Below are positions 1-8,649 of a stretch of DNA of 54,968 nt, piece after piece. Source of the DNA: Verrucomicrobia bacterium UBA1263 (GTDB taxonomy: Bacteria; Verrucomicrobiota; Verrucomicrobiia; Limisphaerales; UBA1412). The notes beneath the pieces were generated by a model. It worked only from the letters and a program-made list of their open reading frames with translations. It did not search any database and was not told the origin of the DNA. Position 1 is the first letter of the stretch. The number at the start of each line of letters is the position of its first letter. The DNA is taken from positions 16,177-71,144 of the forward strand of contig DBVN01000028.1 in the NCBI GenBank assembly GCA_002308515.1, read 5' to 3'. The position numbers were made by a program, and so were the translations under genes.

Positions 1-2
1 CT

Positions 3-1292
3 CGTGACATGCGGGAGGATCTTTACAATAAGAACCAGCAGCCGAACAGTTTTGTTGAATACAACTACGACTGGCGCAACTTCAATTTCAATGTGCTGGC
101 TCAGCCCAGAGTGAACGATTTTTTCCAAACCGTTGAGCGACTGCCGGATATTAAATTTGACGCTTACCGCCAGCAATTAGGTGTATCCCCGCTCTACTAT
201 GAAAGCCAGAGCCAGGCCGGTTATTTTAACTATCGCTATTCCAACATGGATAAGTTCCGGCCGGATGACTACAGTGCCTTCCGCGCGGACACATATCACC
301 AGATCACCTTGCCTGTCACATCGTTCGGGTGGCTCAACTTTACACCCCGTATCGGCGGACGCGGTTCTTTTTACAGCGAAAGTGAAGGCTCTTACAAAAA
401 GACAGCCAACGTAGGCCGTGCCATTTTCAATACAGGCGCGGAAACTTCATTCAAACTGACCCGTACCTGGAAGAACGCCGAGAATAAATTCTGGGATGTC
501 AGCGGTCTGCGTCACATTATAGAACCCTCTTTCAATTATATCTTTGTGCCGGATCCTTCCCGCAATTTGGATGAGATACCGCAATTTGATGAGATATTGG
601 AAACCTATCGCATGGTACCGTTGGATTATCCTGACTATACCGCGGTGGATTCCATTGACAGCGAAAACGTAATGCGTCTGGGACTGAGGAACCGCATTCA
701 GACCGAGCGCAAGCGCAGAGATGAAAACCAATCCCGGCTGGTCAATCTCATCAACTGGGCCATGTACACAGACTGGAGACTGGATCCCAGAGAAGATCAA
801 ACCCGTTTCTCGGATTTTTACAGCAGTTTGGGTTTCGCGCCGCGAGACTGGCTTTCTTTGACCACGGAAAACCGAGTCTCCACAGAAAACGGTGATATGC
901 GCGAATCCAGCAACTATCTGACCCTTTATCCCAGCCCGGACTGGAGTTTTGCTTTCGGTTACCGTTTCATGGAAAAACGAGTCATCCCGGACTGGCCGGA
1001 ACTTTACAGTAACAATCTGTTCATGGGACGCTTCACCGTGCGGCTCAATGAAAATTACGCGTTCCGCACCCGCCTCCAGTTTGAAGCCAGAGACGGCACT
1101 CTGGAAGAGCAGGAGTACACCCTTTACCGTGATATGACCTCCTGGGTCGGCGCGTTACGTTTTAAGATCAGTGAAAACCGCAACGGCCCCACTGACTTCT
1201 CAGTCTCACTGGGATTCCAGCTGAAAGTAATGGCATCCCCCAACCTGGGCGGAGATGTAGATAAGTTGAATTTTTATCAAACGATGTACTAA
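3..1292 (+). CDS. lptD: LPS-assembly outer-membrane protein LptD, C-terminal beta-barrel part (5'-partial, frame open to window edge)
   Basis: No stop between position 3 and the ATG at 9, so the gene probably continues upstream. The translation shows an LptD/OstA_C-like pattern (FQTVERLPDIKFDAY..., then alternating aromatic/polar beta-strand segments to the C-terminus). Envelope lipid genes psd and pssA follow. Confidence 0.7.
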   Translation, partial: RDMREDLYNKNQQPNSFVEYNYDWRNFNFNVLAQPRVNDFFQTVERLPDIKFDAYRQQLGVSPLYYESQSQAGYFNYRYSNMDKFRPDDYSAFRADTYHQITLPVTSFGWLNFTPRIGGRGSFYSESEGSYKKTANVGRAIFNTGAETSFKLTRTWKNAENKFWDVSGLRHIIEPSFNYIFVPDPSRNLDEIPQFDEILETYRMVPLDYPDYTAVDSIDSENVMRLGLRNRIQTERKRRDENQSRLVNLINWAMYTDWRLDPREDQTRFSDFYSSLGFAPRDWLSLTTENRVSTENGDMRESSNYLTLYPSPDWSFAFGYRFMEKRVIPDWPELYSNNLFMGRFTVRLNENYAFRTRLQFEARDGTLEEQEYTLYRDMTSWVGALRFKISENRNGPTDFSVSLGFQLKVMASPNLGGDVDKLNFYQTMY

Positions 1293-1294
1293 TT

Positions 1295-1981
1295 ATGAAC
1301 ACTGAAAAACACGCGGGCAAAGCCAATATCGCAGGCAGAAGGATGCTGTGGAAAGTGATCATTCTCGTCTTTGCGCTGATCGCGGGCGGTGTCGTTGCCA
1401 AAGCCGTAGGCAGCTTTCTCGTCGCCATCACCGGTGTTGTTATTTTTCTATGGATCCTCCTGAGCGGATTCATCCTCTACTTCTTTCGGGATCCGACTCC
1501 CGTTGTTCCCACACTGCCGGGCATCATCGTCTCTCCGGGACATGGAACCGTGGACTTCATAGGTGAAACCACTGAATCTGAATATGTCGGCGGGCGGTGT
1601 AAACGTGTCTCCATATTCCTCTCCATTTTTGATGTCCATGTCCAAAACGCCCCCGTAAGTGGTCAAGTAGAGTTTATGAAACATACCAACGGGCAGTTCG
1701 TCAACGCTATGAGACTGGAATCCTCCGCCACGAATGAAAACCTGCTGATTGGTTTCCATACGCCGGAAGGACGGAAAATATCTATCCGGCTCATCGCCGG
1801 ACTGATCGCGCGTCGGATCGTTCCCTGGGTACAGGAATATGAAACCGTTGAACAAGGCGAGCGTATCAGCCTGATACAGTTCGGCTCCAGAGTAGACATC
1901 TATCTGCCGTTGGACGCGGATATCGCGGTTCGTCCCGGAGATAAAGTTCGCGGCGGAGAAACGATCCTGGCCAAGTACTAA
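1295..1981 (+). CDS. psd: phosphatidylserine decarboxylase proenzyme (short Psd family)
   Basis: 228 aa with N-terminal TM segments. Motifs GHGTVDFI and C-terminal LIQFGSRVDIYLP (G-S self-cleavage region of short Psd proteins). Starts 2 nt after the lptD stop and is followed by pssA. Confidence 0.85.
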   Translation: MNTEKHAGKANIAGRRMLWKVIILVFALIAGGVVAKAVGSFLVAITGVVIFLWILLSGFILYFFRDPTPVVPTLPGIIVSPGHGTVDFIGETTESEYVGGRCKRVSIFLSIFDVHVQNAPVSGQVEFMKHTNGQFVNAMRLESSATNENLLIGFHTPEGRKISIRLIAGLIARRIVPWVQEYETVEQGERISLIQFGSRVDIYLPLDADIAVRPGDKVRGGETILAKY

Positions 1982-2007
1982 TAACATTTATACTTTTCAA
2001 AATCACT

Positions 2008-2934
2008 GTGAAATATAGACCCTTTCGTTCAGAAAAAAATCAGGAAAACGAGTCACGTCGTTCCGAACAGGAAATCGCAGAAAACAAAGATGTTAAAATC
2101 TATTTTCTGCCCAGTTTGATGACTGTGGGCAATCTCTTTTGCGGTTTTCTGGCACTTACCAAAATCGTTGAGGCCGACATTGCTTCCGCTAACTTCGCGG
2201 CAGTGATCCGTCAGGCTCTTTGCTTCATCCTGCTGGCGTGCATTTTTGATGCTTTGGATGGCCGTGTGGCACGCATGGGCGGTGAGGAAAGCCCCTTTGG
2301 ACGGGAACTGGATTCACTGGCGGATTTGATTTCTTTTGGCGCGGCTCCGGCATTTCTGGTCCATCGCATCGTACTGGAACCCGTCTTCAGGGAAACTCCG
2401 GAAATCGGCTGGTTTGTGGCTTCCATCTATCTGGTTTGCGGTGCGCTCAGACTGGCTCGCTTCAACTGTGTCGCGGCACTGCCATCGCACAGCAGCAAAC
2501 CACCTTCCAAAGATTTTGTTGGCTTCCCTATTCCCGCGGCAGCCGGGCTTGTCGCTTCCCTGACCTTGTTCATGCTCTGGTTCCAGGATCGTGATTTTGT
2601 GGTCGGCTACTGGCGTTATTCCCTGCCGTTCATCATGGTTTTTCTTTCCTATATGATGGTCAGCAATGTACGTTATCCTTCATTTAAGCACATCAATTTG
2701 CGTACACGCACACGCAAGAATTCCTTTATATGGATCGTAGTGGCAGCGCTGGTGATCGGAGGATGCATGGTGATGAGAAGACACGTTCTGCCTGTTTTGC
2801 TGCCGATCACTTTTATGAGTTACCTGGCTTATGGTCTGATCCGTACTTGGTTCGACCAGAAAAAATCTAAGAAAAATGCTGAAGATACCCCGAAGGATCC
2901 TTCGGATAATTCCAACAACCCTGTTCATTCTTAG
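2008..2934 (+). CDS. pssA: CDP-diacylglycerol--serine O-phosphatidyltransferase
   Basis: GTG start. CDP-alcohol phosphatidyltransferase motif DALDGRVARMGGEESPFGRELDSLAD (D-G-x2-A-R-x8-G-x3-D-x3-D). Multi-TM protein adjacent to psd. Confidence 0.85.
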   Translation: MKYRPFRSEKNQENESRRSEQEIAENKDVKIYFLPSLMTVGNLFCGFLALTKIVEADIASANFAAVIRQALCFILLACIFDALDGRVARMGGEESPFGRELDSLADLISFGAAPAFLVHRIVLEPVFRETPEIGWFVASIYLVCGALRLARFNCVAALPSHSSKPPSKDFVGFPIPAAAGLVASLTLFMLWFQDRDFVVGYWRYSLPFIMVFLSYMMVSNVRYPSFKHINLRTRTRKNSFIWIVVAALVIGGCMVMRRHVLPVLLPITFMSYLAYGLIRTWFDQKKSKKNAEDTPKDPSDNSNNPVHS

Positions 2935-3014
2935 TTATTAGCACCGCATCCCTTCTTTTTATTCTCAAACCGCTTTTCGCGGGTTTCCTCAGCGGACTGA
3001 TCACATCTGTTCCC

Positions 3015-3608
3015 GTGGGGCCTATCAATGTCACAATCGTGAATGAAGGCGCTAAAATGGGATTCGGTTCCGCGTTCGCTGTTGGTGTGGGCGCGGTCAC
3101 CATGGAACTGATCTACTGCATGACAGCCTTTACGGGATTCGCGCATCTGTTTGATTCCAACATGATACGAGCCATCATGGAACTGATGAGTTTTTTGCTG
3201 GTTTCCATTCTGGGGCTGAACTACCTTCTGGCACGAAGAATTGCAGTTAAGAATTTGGGAGCTAAGTATATCGAAAATAAACTGCATCTGAGGGACGCGT
3301 TCACGGTCGGTTTTGTGCGCATTCTGCTCAACCCGGTAGTCCTGCTTTTCTGGATCACAATGGCCAGCACAGTCATCGCGCATGAATTTGTGGATATCCA
3401 CTTTACCAGCAAGTGTATATATATCACAGGAGTTGGTATGGGCTGTCTGGCCTGGTTCTGGTTCCTCGCCTATGAAGTTGCCAAGCGTATGCACAAATTT
3501 TCTCATAAAACTCTTCTGAATATTTCACGTGTCTCCGGGGCTCTGCTGCTTATCATGGCTGTGATCGTAGGACGGGATTTGACTTTAGAGCTTATGAAAC
3601 TGCAATAA
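3015..3608 (+). CDS. LysE/RhtB-family amino-acid exporter (true start probably upstream of 3015)
   Basis: About six hydrophobic helices with LysE-type organisation. The family-typical N-terminal segment (FAGFLSGLITSVPVGPINV) is encoded in frame upstream of the GTG at 3015, with no ATG/GTG/TTG available there (see findings). Confidence 0.6.
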   Translation: MGPINVTIVNEGAKMGFGSAFAVGVGAVTMELIYCMTAFTGFAHLFDSNMIRAIMELMSFLLVSILGLNYLLARRIAVKNLGAKYIENKLHLRDAFTVGFVRILLNPVVLLFWITMASTVIAHEFVDIHFTSKCIYITGVGMGCLAWFWFLAYEVAKRMHKFSHKTLLNISRVSGALLLIMAVIVGRDLTLELMKLQ

Positions 3609-3622
3609 AGATAAACCCGTTC

Positions 3623-3651
3623 TTGACCTGGCAGGCCGGATGGAGTAAGTT
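3623..3651 (+). promoter_or_regulatory. candidate sigma70-type promoter for the MFS gene
   Basis: TTGACC (3623-3628), 17-nt spacer, TAAGTT (3646-3651), about 50 nt upstream of the ATG at 3703. Consensus match only. Confidence 0.3.
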
Positions 3652-3702
3652 TGCGGGAGATAAGTTATCGAATGATCTTATTGCTTACGCTTTTACAGCT
3701 TT

Positions 3703-5043
3703 ATGAAAAATAATATCCTTTATTGGTCTATTGTCTCTTCATTAGCCGGATTCATTTTCGGTTTTGATACGATCGTCATCTCCGGCGCAGAACAGCAGAT
3801 ACAGTCTCTTTGGCATCTTAGCTCCGGGATGCATGGGGTAGCGATCGCGTCCGCCTTGTACGGAACCATTATTGGTTCTCTGTTAAGTGCCTGGCCTTCT
3901 GACAGGTTTGGGCGAAAGAAAACTCTGCTGTGGATCGGTATTTTGTATTTCGTCTCTGCTGTGTGGTCCGGTTTGGCGCATAATGTTTACGCCCTGATCC
4001 TGGCTCGCGCCATCGGTGGTCTAGGCATCGGCATTTCCACTGTAGCCGCTCCACTTTATATCGCAGAAATCGCTCCGGCTGAGACACGTGGACGTTTGAC
4101 CGCTCTGTTCCAGTTCAATCTTGTGTTCGGCATTCTGATTGCCTTCCTCTCCAATTACTTCTTAGGAAAATATCTGGATGTTTCCGTTGCCTGGCGCTGG
4201 ATGCTCGGTGTGGAAGGTATTCCCGCCATTATCTACACTCTGCTCTGCTTCAAGATCCCTGAAAGTCCCCGTTGGCTCATCGGTAAACGCAACAACCGCG
4301 CCGAAGCCAAGACCGTTCTTCAGGCCATTCGTCCCAAGGCAACAGAACAGGAACTGGAAGCACAAATGGATGAGATCGCACTTTCCTTCACCAGCAAAGC
4401 CTCCACAGAACGTTTCTGGACCTGGAAACTGCATCTGCCCATTTTACTGGCCTTTTTCATTGCCTTTTTCAATCAGCTTTCCGGTGTGAACGCGATCCTC
4501 TATTTCGCGCCCCGCATTTTTGAAATGACCGGTTTAGGCTCCAGTGCCGCGCTGTTGCAGTCCGTTGGCATTGGTATTTTCAATTTCATCTTCACCTTTG
4601 CGGGCGTTTGGTTGATAGATCGTCTGGGGCGGAAAACTCTTCTTTACATCGGCGCGTTTGGTTATATCGCCTCTTTGACACTGATCGGATGGGCATTCCA
4701 TACCGGACACATGGCGATCGTCCCCTACTGCACATTCGCCTTTATCGCCTCTCATGCCGTAGGGCAAGGCGCGGTCATCTGGGTCTTTATCTCCGAAATA
4801 TTCCCCAACCGCTTCCGTGCAGAAGGCACTTCGCTGGGCTGTTCCACTCACTGGATATTCGCGGCTTTGATCACCACTTTCTTCCCGAAAGCGGTCACCG
4901 CGTTCCAGCCGGAACATATCTTCTTCTTCTTCGCGGGAATGATGGTACTGGAAGTCATCTGGATCAAGACCATGGTTATTGAAACCAGAGGCGTTCCTCT
5001 GGAAGAGATCCAAAAACGCCTGGGCATTAGTTCAATGAAATAG
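3703..5043 (+). CDS. MFS sugar porter (sugar:H+ symporter family)
   Basis: 446 aa with 12-TM organisation. Sugar-porter signatures DRFGRKKTLL, PESPRWL, PETRGxxLEE-like C-terminal VIETRGVPLEEI, and RLGRKTLL in the second half. Confidence 0.85.
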   Translation: MKNNILYWSIVSSLAGFIFGFDTIVISGAEQQIQSLWHLSSGMHGVAIASALYGTIIGSLLSAWPSDRFGRKKTLLWIGILYFVSAVWSGLAHNVYALILARAIGGLGIGISTVAAPLYIAEIAPAETRGRLTALFQFNLVFGILIAFLSNYFLGKYLDVSVAWRWMLGVEGIPAIIYTLLCFKIPESPRWLIGKRNNRAEAKTVLQAIRPKATEQELEAQMDEIALSFTSKASTERFWTWKLHLPILLAFFIAFFNQLSGVNAILYFAPRIFEMTGLGSSAALLQSVGIGIFNFIFTFAGVWLIDRLGRKTLLYIGAFGYIASLTLIGWAFHTGHMAIVPYCTFAFIASHAVGQGAVIWVFISEIFPNRFRAEGTSLGCSTHWIFAALITTFFPKAVTAFQPEHIFFFFAGMMVLEVIWIKTMVIETRGVPLEEIQKRLGISSMK

Positions 5044-5060
5044 CCCGATTCAAAACCACA

Positions 5061-5097
5061 AAAAATCCCCGGCAAAACGTCGGGGATTTTTTGTTTT
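5061..5097. terminator. rho-independent terminator (bidirectional) between the MFS gene and the orphan gene
   Basis: Stem AAAAATCCCCG / CGGGGATTTTT (5061-5071 / 5081-5091), 9-nt loop, T-run on plus and A-run before it. Lies between convergent genes. Confidence 0.75.
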
Positions 5098-5156
5098 CAA
5101 ATGGTTTTATTCCAAAGTCACAATTAGAAATTCCTCTTCAAATAACGATTTTGGAT

Positions 5157-5942
5157 TTAAGGAAAACAGAAAATTTCTTCTATTCGCTTATAAACAAACT
5201 GTATTTCCATTCCTATTTCACTCTGTAAAAACTGATTTGATTCACCTCGCAGATATAGGTAGAACCACCAAATAATATCATCACTTAACCATTTTAACTC
5301 TTCTGAATACCCTTTCTGATATATCTGCTGGAATTTAAAAACATAATTCTTCAAATCGTTATGTTCAGGGAATGGTTCATTTTCCAATGTTGCAATGATC
5401 GCGTCCAATTTGGGCAAGATAGTCTGCTTCAATTCTTTTATCATATAACGATCACGATCCTCATAAGATACTATTTCCAATGAAGGAATAAAACGATGAA
5501 GTATTTCATATTCTTCCTTTGATATATTCAAATGAGTTGTGTAATCGTAAGGCATGATATATAAAACATCTTCCTTGCTGTTTCTTTCAAATACAATGGT
5601 ATTGATTGAACAACCAAACAGTGTTCTTGCATATAGATCGGCAGTGTATAATCCTGAATCCTGAGTTTTGAGCAACTGGATTATTTCATCGGATATTTTG
5701 CACCGCGCTAATGTTTGTTGTGTTGCGTCTTTAGATTTGTTTGAAGAAGTAAATTGGATTGCTTCCAGATGGAGTAAATCTTTGAAAAAATTCGGTACTT
5801 TGGATAAATCTGTTTTCCCTAAATCAAGGAACTCAAATAAAATGCTAGATGAGAATCGCTGTGCAAATTCGATCAACTGCTGATAGATAACACCAACAGG
5901 TTCTTTCATTACCCAAAACTCTTTCAAATTATTTTTTAGCAT
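5157..5942 (-). CDS. hypothetical protein (AT-rich orphan, no recognisable family)
   Basis: 261-aa ORF that is visibly AT-rich compared with both neighbours. No TM segment, signal peptide or catalytic motif recognised. Confidence 0.6.
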   Translation of the reverse strand: MLKNNLKEFWVMKEPVGVIYQQLIEFAQRFSSSILFEFLDLGKTDLSKVPNFFKDLLHLEAIQFTSSNKSKDATQQTLARCKISDEIIQLLKTQDSGLYTADLYARTLFGCSINTIVFERNSKEDVLYIMPYDYTTHLNISKEEYEILHRFIPSLEIVSYEDRDRYMIKELKQTILPKLDAIIATLENEPFPEHNDLKNYVFKFQQIYQKGYSEELKWLSDDIIWWFYLYLRGESNQFLQSEIGMEIQFVYKRIEEIFCFP

Positions 5943-5987
5943 TTTTATTTAATTTTAGTAATAGAAAGAGACCCCTTTTCCTTGGTA

Positions 5988-7097
5988 TCAGAGCCACTCG
6001 GATTCAGGATAGGAACCAAGGATCTTGACGTAAGCGCCCAAATGTTCCAGTTCATCGATCGCAAGCGCCACTTCCGTATCCTCAGTATGTCCTTCAATGT
6101 CCAGGAAGAAATAGTATTCCCACGCTTTGCGCTTGTTAGGACGGGACTCGATACGGGTCATATTCACCTTGTGACGTGTGAAAGGTTCCAAAGCCTTGAA
6201 CAAGGAACCAACTCTGTCCGGAACACTGATCATCAAACTGCTGCGATCCTTACCTGTTCGGGGCGGACACTGGCGGCCTAAGACCAGGAACCGGGTGCAG
6301 TTCGCCTGACTATCCTGAACATTATCCTCCAGAATATCCAAATCATAAGTTTCAGCGGCCATCGAGCTAGCCAGCGCCGCTCCTTCCGGATCTTTAGAGG
6401 TCAGCTCCGCCGCGCGCGCGGTGGAAGATGTCTCCATAATCTCCACATGCGACAAACTTCGCTGAATCCAAAAACGACACTGAGCCAGCGCCTGCGGATG
6501 GGAATACACACGCTTGACTTGATCCCGGCGGCAGCGCCCGATGAGACATTGACGGATGGGCATCATGATCTGAGCCACGATCTTCAAATGGGTATCCACC
6601 AGCATATCCAGTGTATTGTTCACAATACCTTCTGTCGAATTCTCAACAGGAGCTACACCGTAATCCGCACGGCCTTTGCCGACTTCGGTAAAGACATCCG
6701 CTACTGTCCTCTGCGGGATATACGTTAAACTGGTGCCAAAGCGTTTTAACGCAGCCTGATGCGTAAAGGTTGCCTCTGGTCCCAGGTAAGCCACCACCAG
6801 CGTCTTCTGCAACGACAACGCAGCTGACATCACTTCCCGGTAAATGGCGCACAAGGATTCATCTTTCATCGGACCTTGGTTCAGGGACTTTACACGATCA
6901 AAAACATCCCTCTCACGGTGCGGAGCGTAGATTTCCTGACCATTTCTGATTTTGATCTCACCAATGCCCAGCGCGTGGCGGATCCGTTCATTCAGCAGCT
7001 GAACGATTTCTGCGTCCAGACGATTAATTTCCTTACGATGGAGTGTCAATTCTTGCTCAATCGAGGAACTTGTTAAAGGATTTTCCGGGGAAGACAT
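5988..7097 (-). CDS. pheA: bifunctional chorismate mutase / prephenate dehydratase (P-protein)
   Basis: N-terminal CM_2-like helix (LHRKEINRLDAEIVQLLNERI), PDT domain (VAYLGPEATFTHQAA, TRFLVLG) and C-terminal ACT domain (ESRPNKR, YYFFLDIEGH). Confidence 0.9.
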   Translation of the reverse strand: MSSPENPLTSSSIEQELTLHRKEINRLDAEIVQLLNERIRHALGIGEIKIRNGQEIYAPHRERDVFDRVKSLNQGPMKDESLCAIYREVMSAALSLQKTLVVAYLGPEATFTHQAALKRFGTSLTYIPQRTVADVFTEVGKGRADYGVAPVENSTEGIVNNTLDMLVDTHLKIVAQIMMPIRQCLIGRCRRDQVKRVYSHPQALAQCRFWIQRSLSHVEIMETSSTARAAELTSKDPEGAALASSMAAETYDLDILEDNVQDSQANCTRFLVLGRQCPPRTGKDRSSLMISVPDRVGSLFKALEPFTRHKVNMTRIESRPNKRKAWEYYFFLDIEGHTEDTEVALAIDELEHLGAYVKILGSYPESEWL

Positions 7098-7102
7098 AAA
7101 AA

Positions 7103-7858
7103 CTATTCTTGGTTAGAGTTTGAATCAGTATTCGGTTCTGTATTTTTCGCTTCTTCCGAATTTTCAGTTTCGGGCACATTATCTATCGGTTTGCCAGAAG
7201 GATCTAAAGGCAATTCGGTTTGAGCCGTTTCTTCGCTATCCGTATCAGGGACAACTGTCTGGAGCGGAGCCGGTGTATAGCGCCGTAATTCGGAAGCGTC
7301 GGGCAAATCATCCAGCGAGGCTATCCCAAAGTATTGTAGGAAATCAGATGTCGTTCCATATAAAGTAGGTCTCCCCGGCAAATCGGCTTTGCCTCGTTGC
7401 TCCACCAGTTTGCGTTCCAGTAAAGTTCCAATCACTCCATCCACGGAAACGCCGCGAATCTCTTCCATCTCCGCTCGTGTCATGGGCTGACGATAGGCAA
7501 TGATAGCCAATGTTTCCAGCGCTGGCAGTGTCAAACGAGGCGGACGAGGTTTTTCTCCCGTGAGAAAACGAATCCAAGGCGCGTATTCAGATTGGCAAAC
7601 AAACTGCCAACTGCCTGCCACACAGGTCAATCTCCAGGATCTTCCCAGTGCTTCATATTCATCCCTGAGAATATTCAGTTCCTGTTCGATCTCATTCGGT
7701 TTGAGTTTTTTGAATGCCTTGATCGCGAGATCTTCGCTTTTATCCGCGACTCCGCTGAATACTTGTCTGATCTCGCCTATAGAGAGAGGTCTCGGAGATG
7801 CGAAAAGAAGGGATTCAAGGATTGATTTTACTTCGTAATTCATATTATTCAGCGGCAT
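7103..7858 (-). CDS. scpB: segregation and condensation protein B
   Basis: SILESLLFASPRPLSIGEI..., LETLAIIAYRQPMTRAEMEEIRGV and GRPTLYGTTSDFLQYFG are typical ScpB winged-helix repeats. Acidic low-complexity tail. Overlaps scpA by 14 nt. Confidence 0.9.
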   Translation of the reverse strand: MPLNNMNYEVKSILESLLFASPRPLSIGEIRQVFSGVADKSEDLAIKAFKKLKPNEIEQELNILRDEYEALGRSWRLTCVAGSWQFVCQSEYAPWIRFLTGEKPRPPRLTLPALETLAIIAYRQPMTRAEMEEIRGVSVDGVIGTLLERKLVEQRGKADLPGRPTLYGTTSDFLQYFGIASLDDLPDASELRRYTPAPLQTVVPDTDSEETAQTELPLDPSGKPIDNVPETENSEEAKNTEPNTDSNSNQE

Positions 7859-8588
7859 CTAAAATATCTATTTCACCAAAGGCATGAGACTGCTCCACCC
7901 GAATCTCATGCAAACGCGCCAGTTCCAAAACAGCCAGAAAAGTCACCACCACTTCAAAACGAGTATAAGACTGCTCCAGAAGTTCCAGGAAATTTACCTT
8001 TTTCTTCTCTCTCAGCACGTTTTTGAGAAACGTTATCTTCTCGCGAACAGTCCAGCGTTCTCCCACGATCTCCTGTGGGACACCCCGTTCCTTCATCCGT
8101 GCCAGGACATCATTGACAGCTTGCAGGAGATCCATCAATGTGATCTTAGGTCCTTGCTGTTCAAAATCATCCGGAGGAAATTCCTGTTTTACGGATTGAT
8201 GCGGAAAACAATTTTCCTGTTCAGCTTCACAGCGCTGGAGTTCACTTGCAGCTTCTTTAAACTTCTTGTATTCAACAAGCTTACGAATCAATTCCCAACG
8301 AGGATCCACATTATTTTCCTCGTCCAGATCCGTCAGCGGTCGCTGATCTACCGGCAGCAACTCTTTGCTTTTGATCCAAATCAAAGTAGCCGCCATCACA
8401 ACAAACTCTCCAGCAACATCCAGATCCAGACGTTTCATCTGTTCCAGGTATTCCACAAACTGAGTCGCAATCCGTGTGAGGTTGACCTCGTAAATATCCA
8501 CTTCCTCCTTTTTGATGAGATAAAGGAGCAAGTCCAGAGGACCTTCAAAAACAGGTAGTTGTATCTTGTACTCAGCCATGGTGAACAC
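7845..8588 (-). CDS. scpA: segregation and condensation protein A
   Basis: FEGPLDLLLYLIKKEEVDIYEVNLTRI N-terminus and C-terminal VVTFLAVLELARL. The track start is GTG at 8588; an ATG at 8579 (MAEYKIQLPVFEGPLDLL) is an equally good start. Confidence 0.9.
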   Translation of the reverse strand: MFTMAEYKIQLPVFEGPLDLLLYLIKKEEVDIYEVNLTRIATQFVEYLEQMKRLDLDVAGEFVVMAATLIWIKSKELLPVDQRPLTDLDEENNVDPRWELIRKLVEYKKFKEAASELQRCEAEQENCFPHQSVKQEFPPDDFEQQGPKITLMDLLQAVNDVLARMKERGVPQEIVGERWTVREKITFLKNVLREKKKVNFLELLEQSYTRFEVVVTFLAVLELARLHEIRVEQSHAFGEIDILDAAE

Positions 8589-8649
8589 ATTTCGGCAAAA
8601 AGCCGTGACTATTTTTTCACAGAGAACGGGAAAATGCGAGCATTCTCAT

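Noticed and set aside
7884-8558. 224-aa ORF on the plus strand
   Set aside because: It is antisense to scpA, so it is a shadow ORF.
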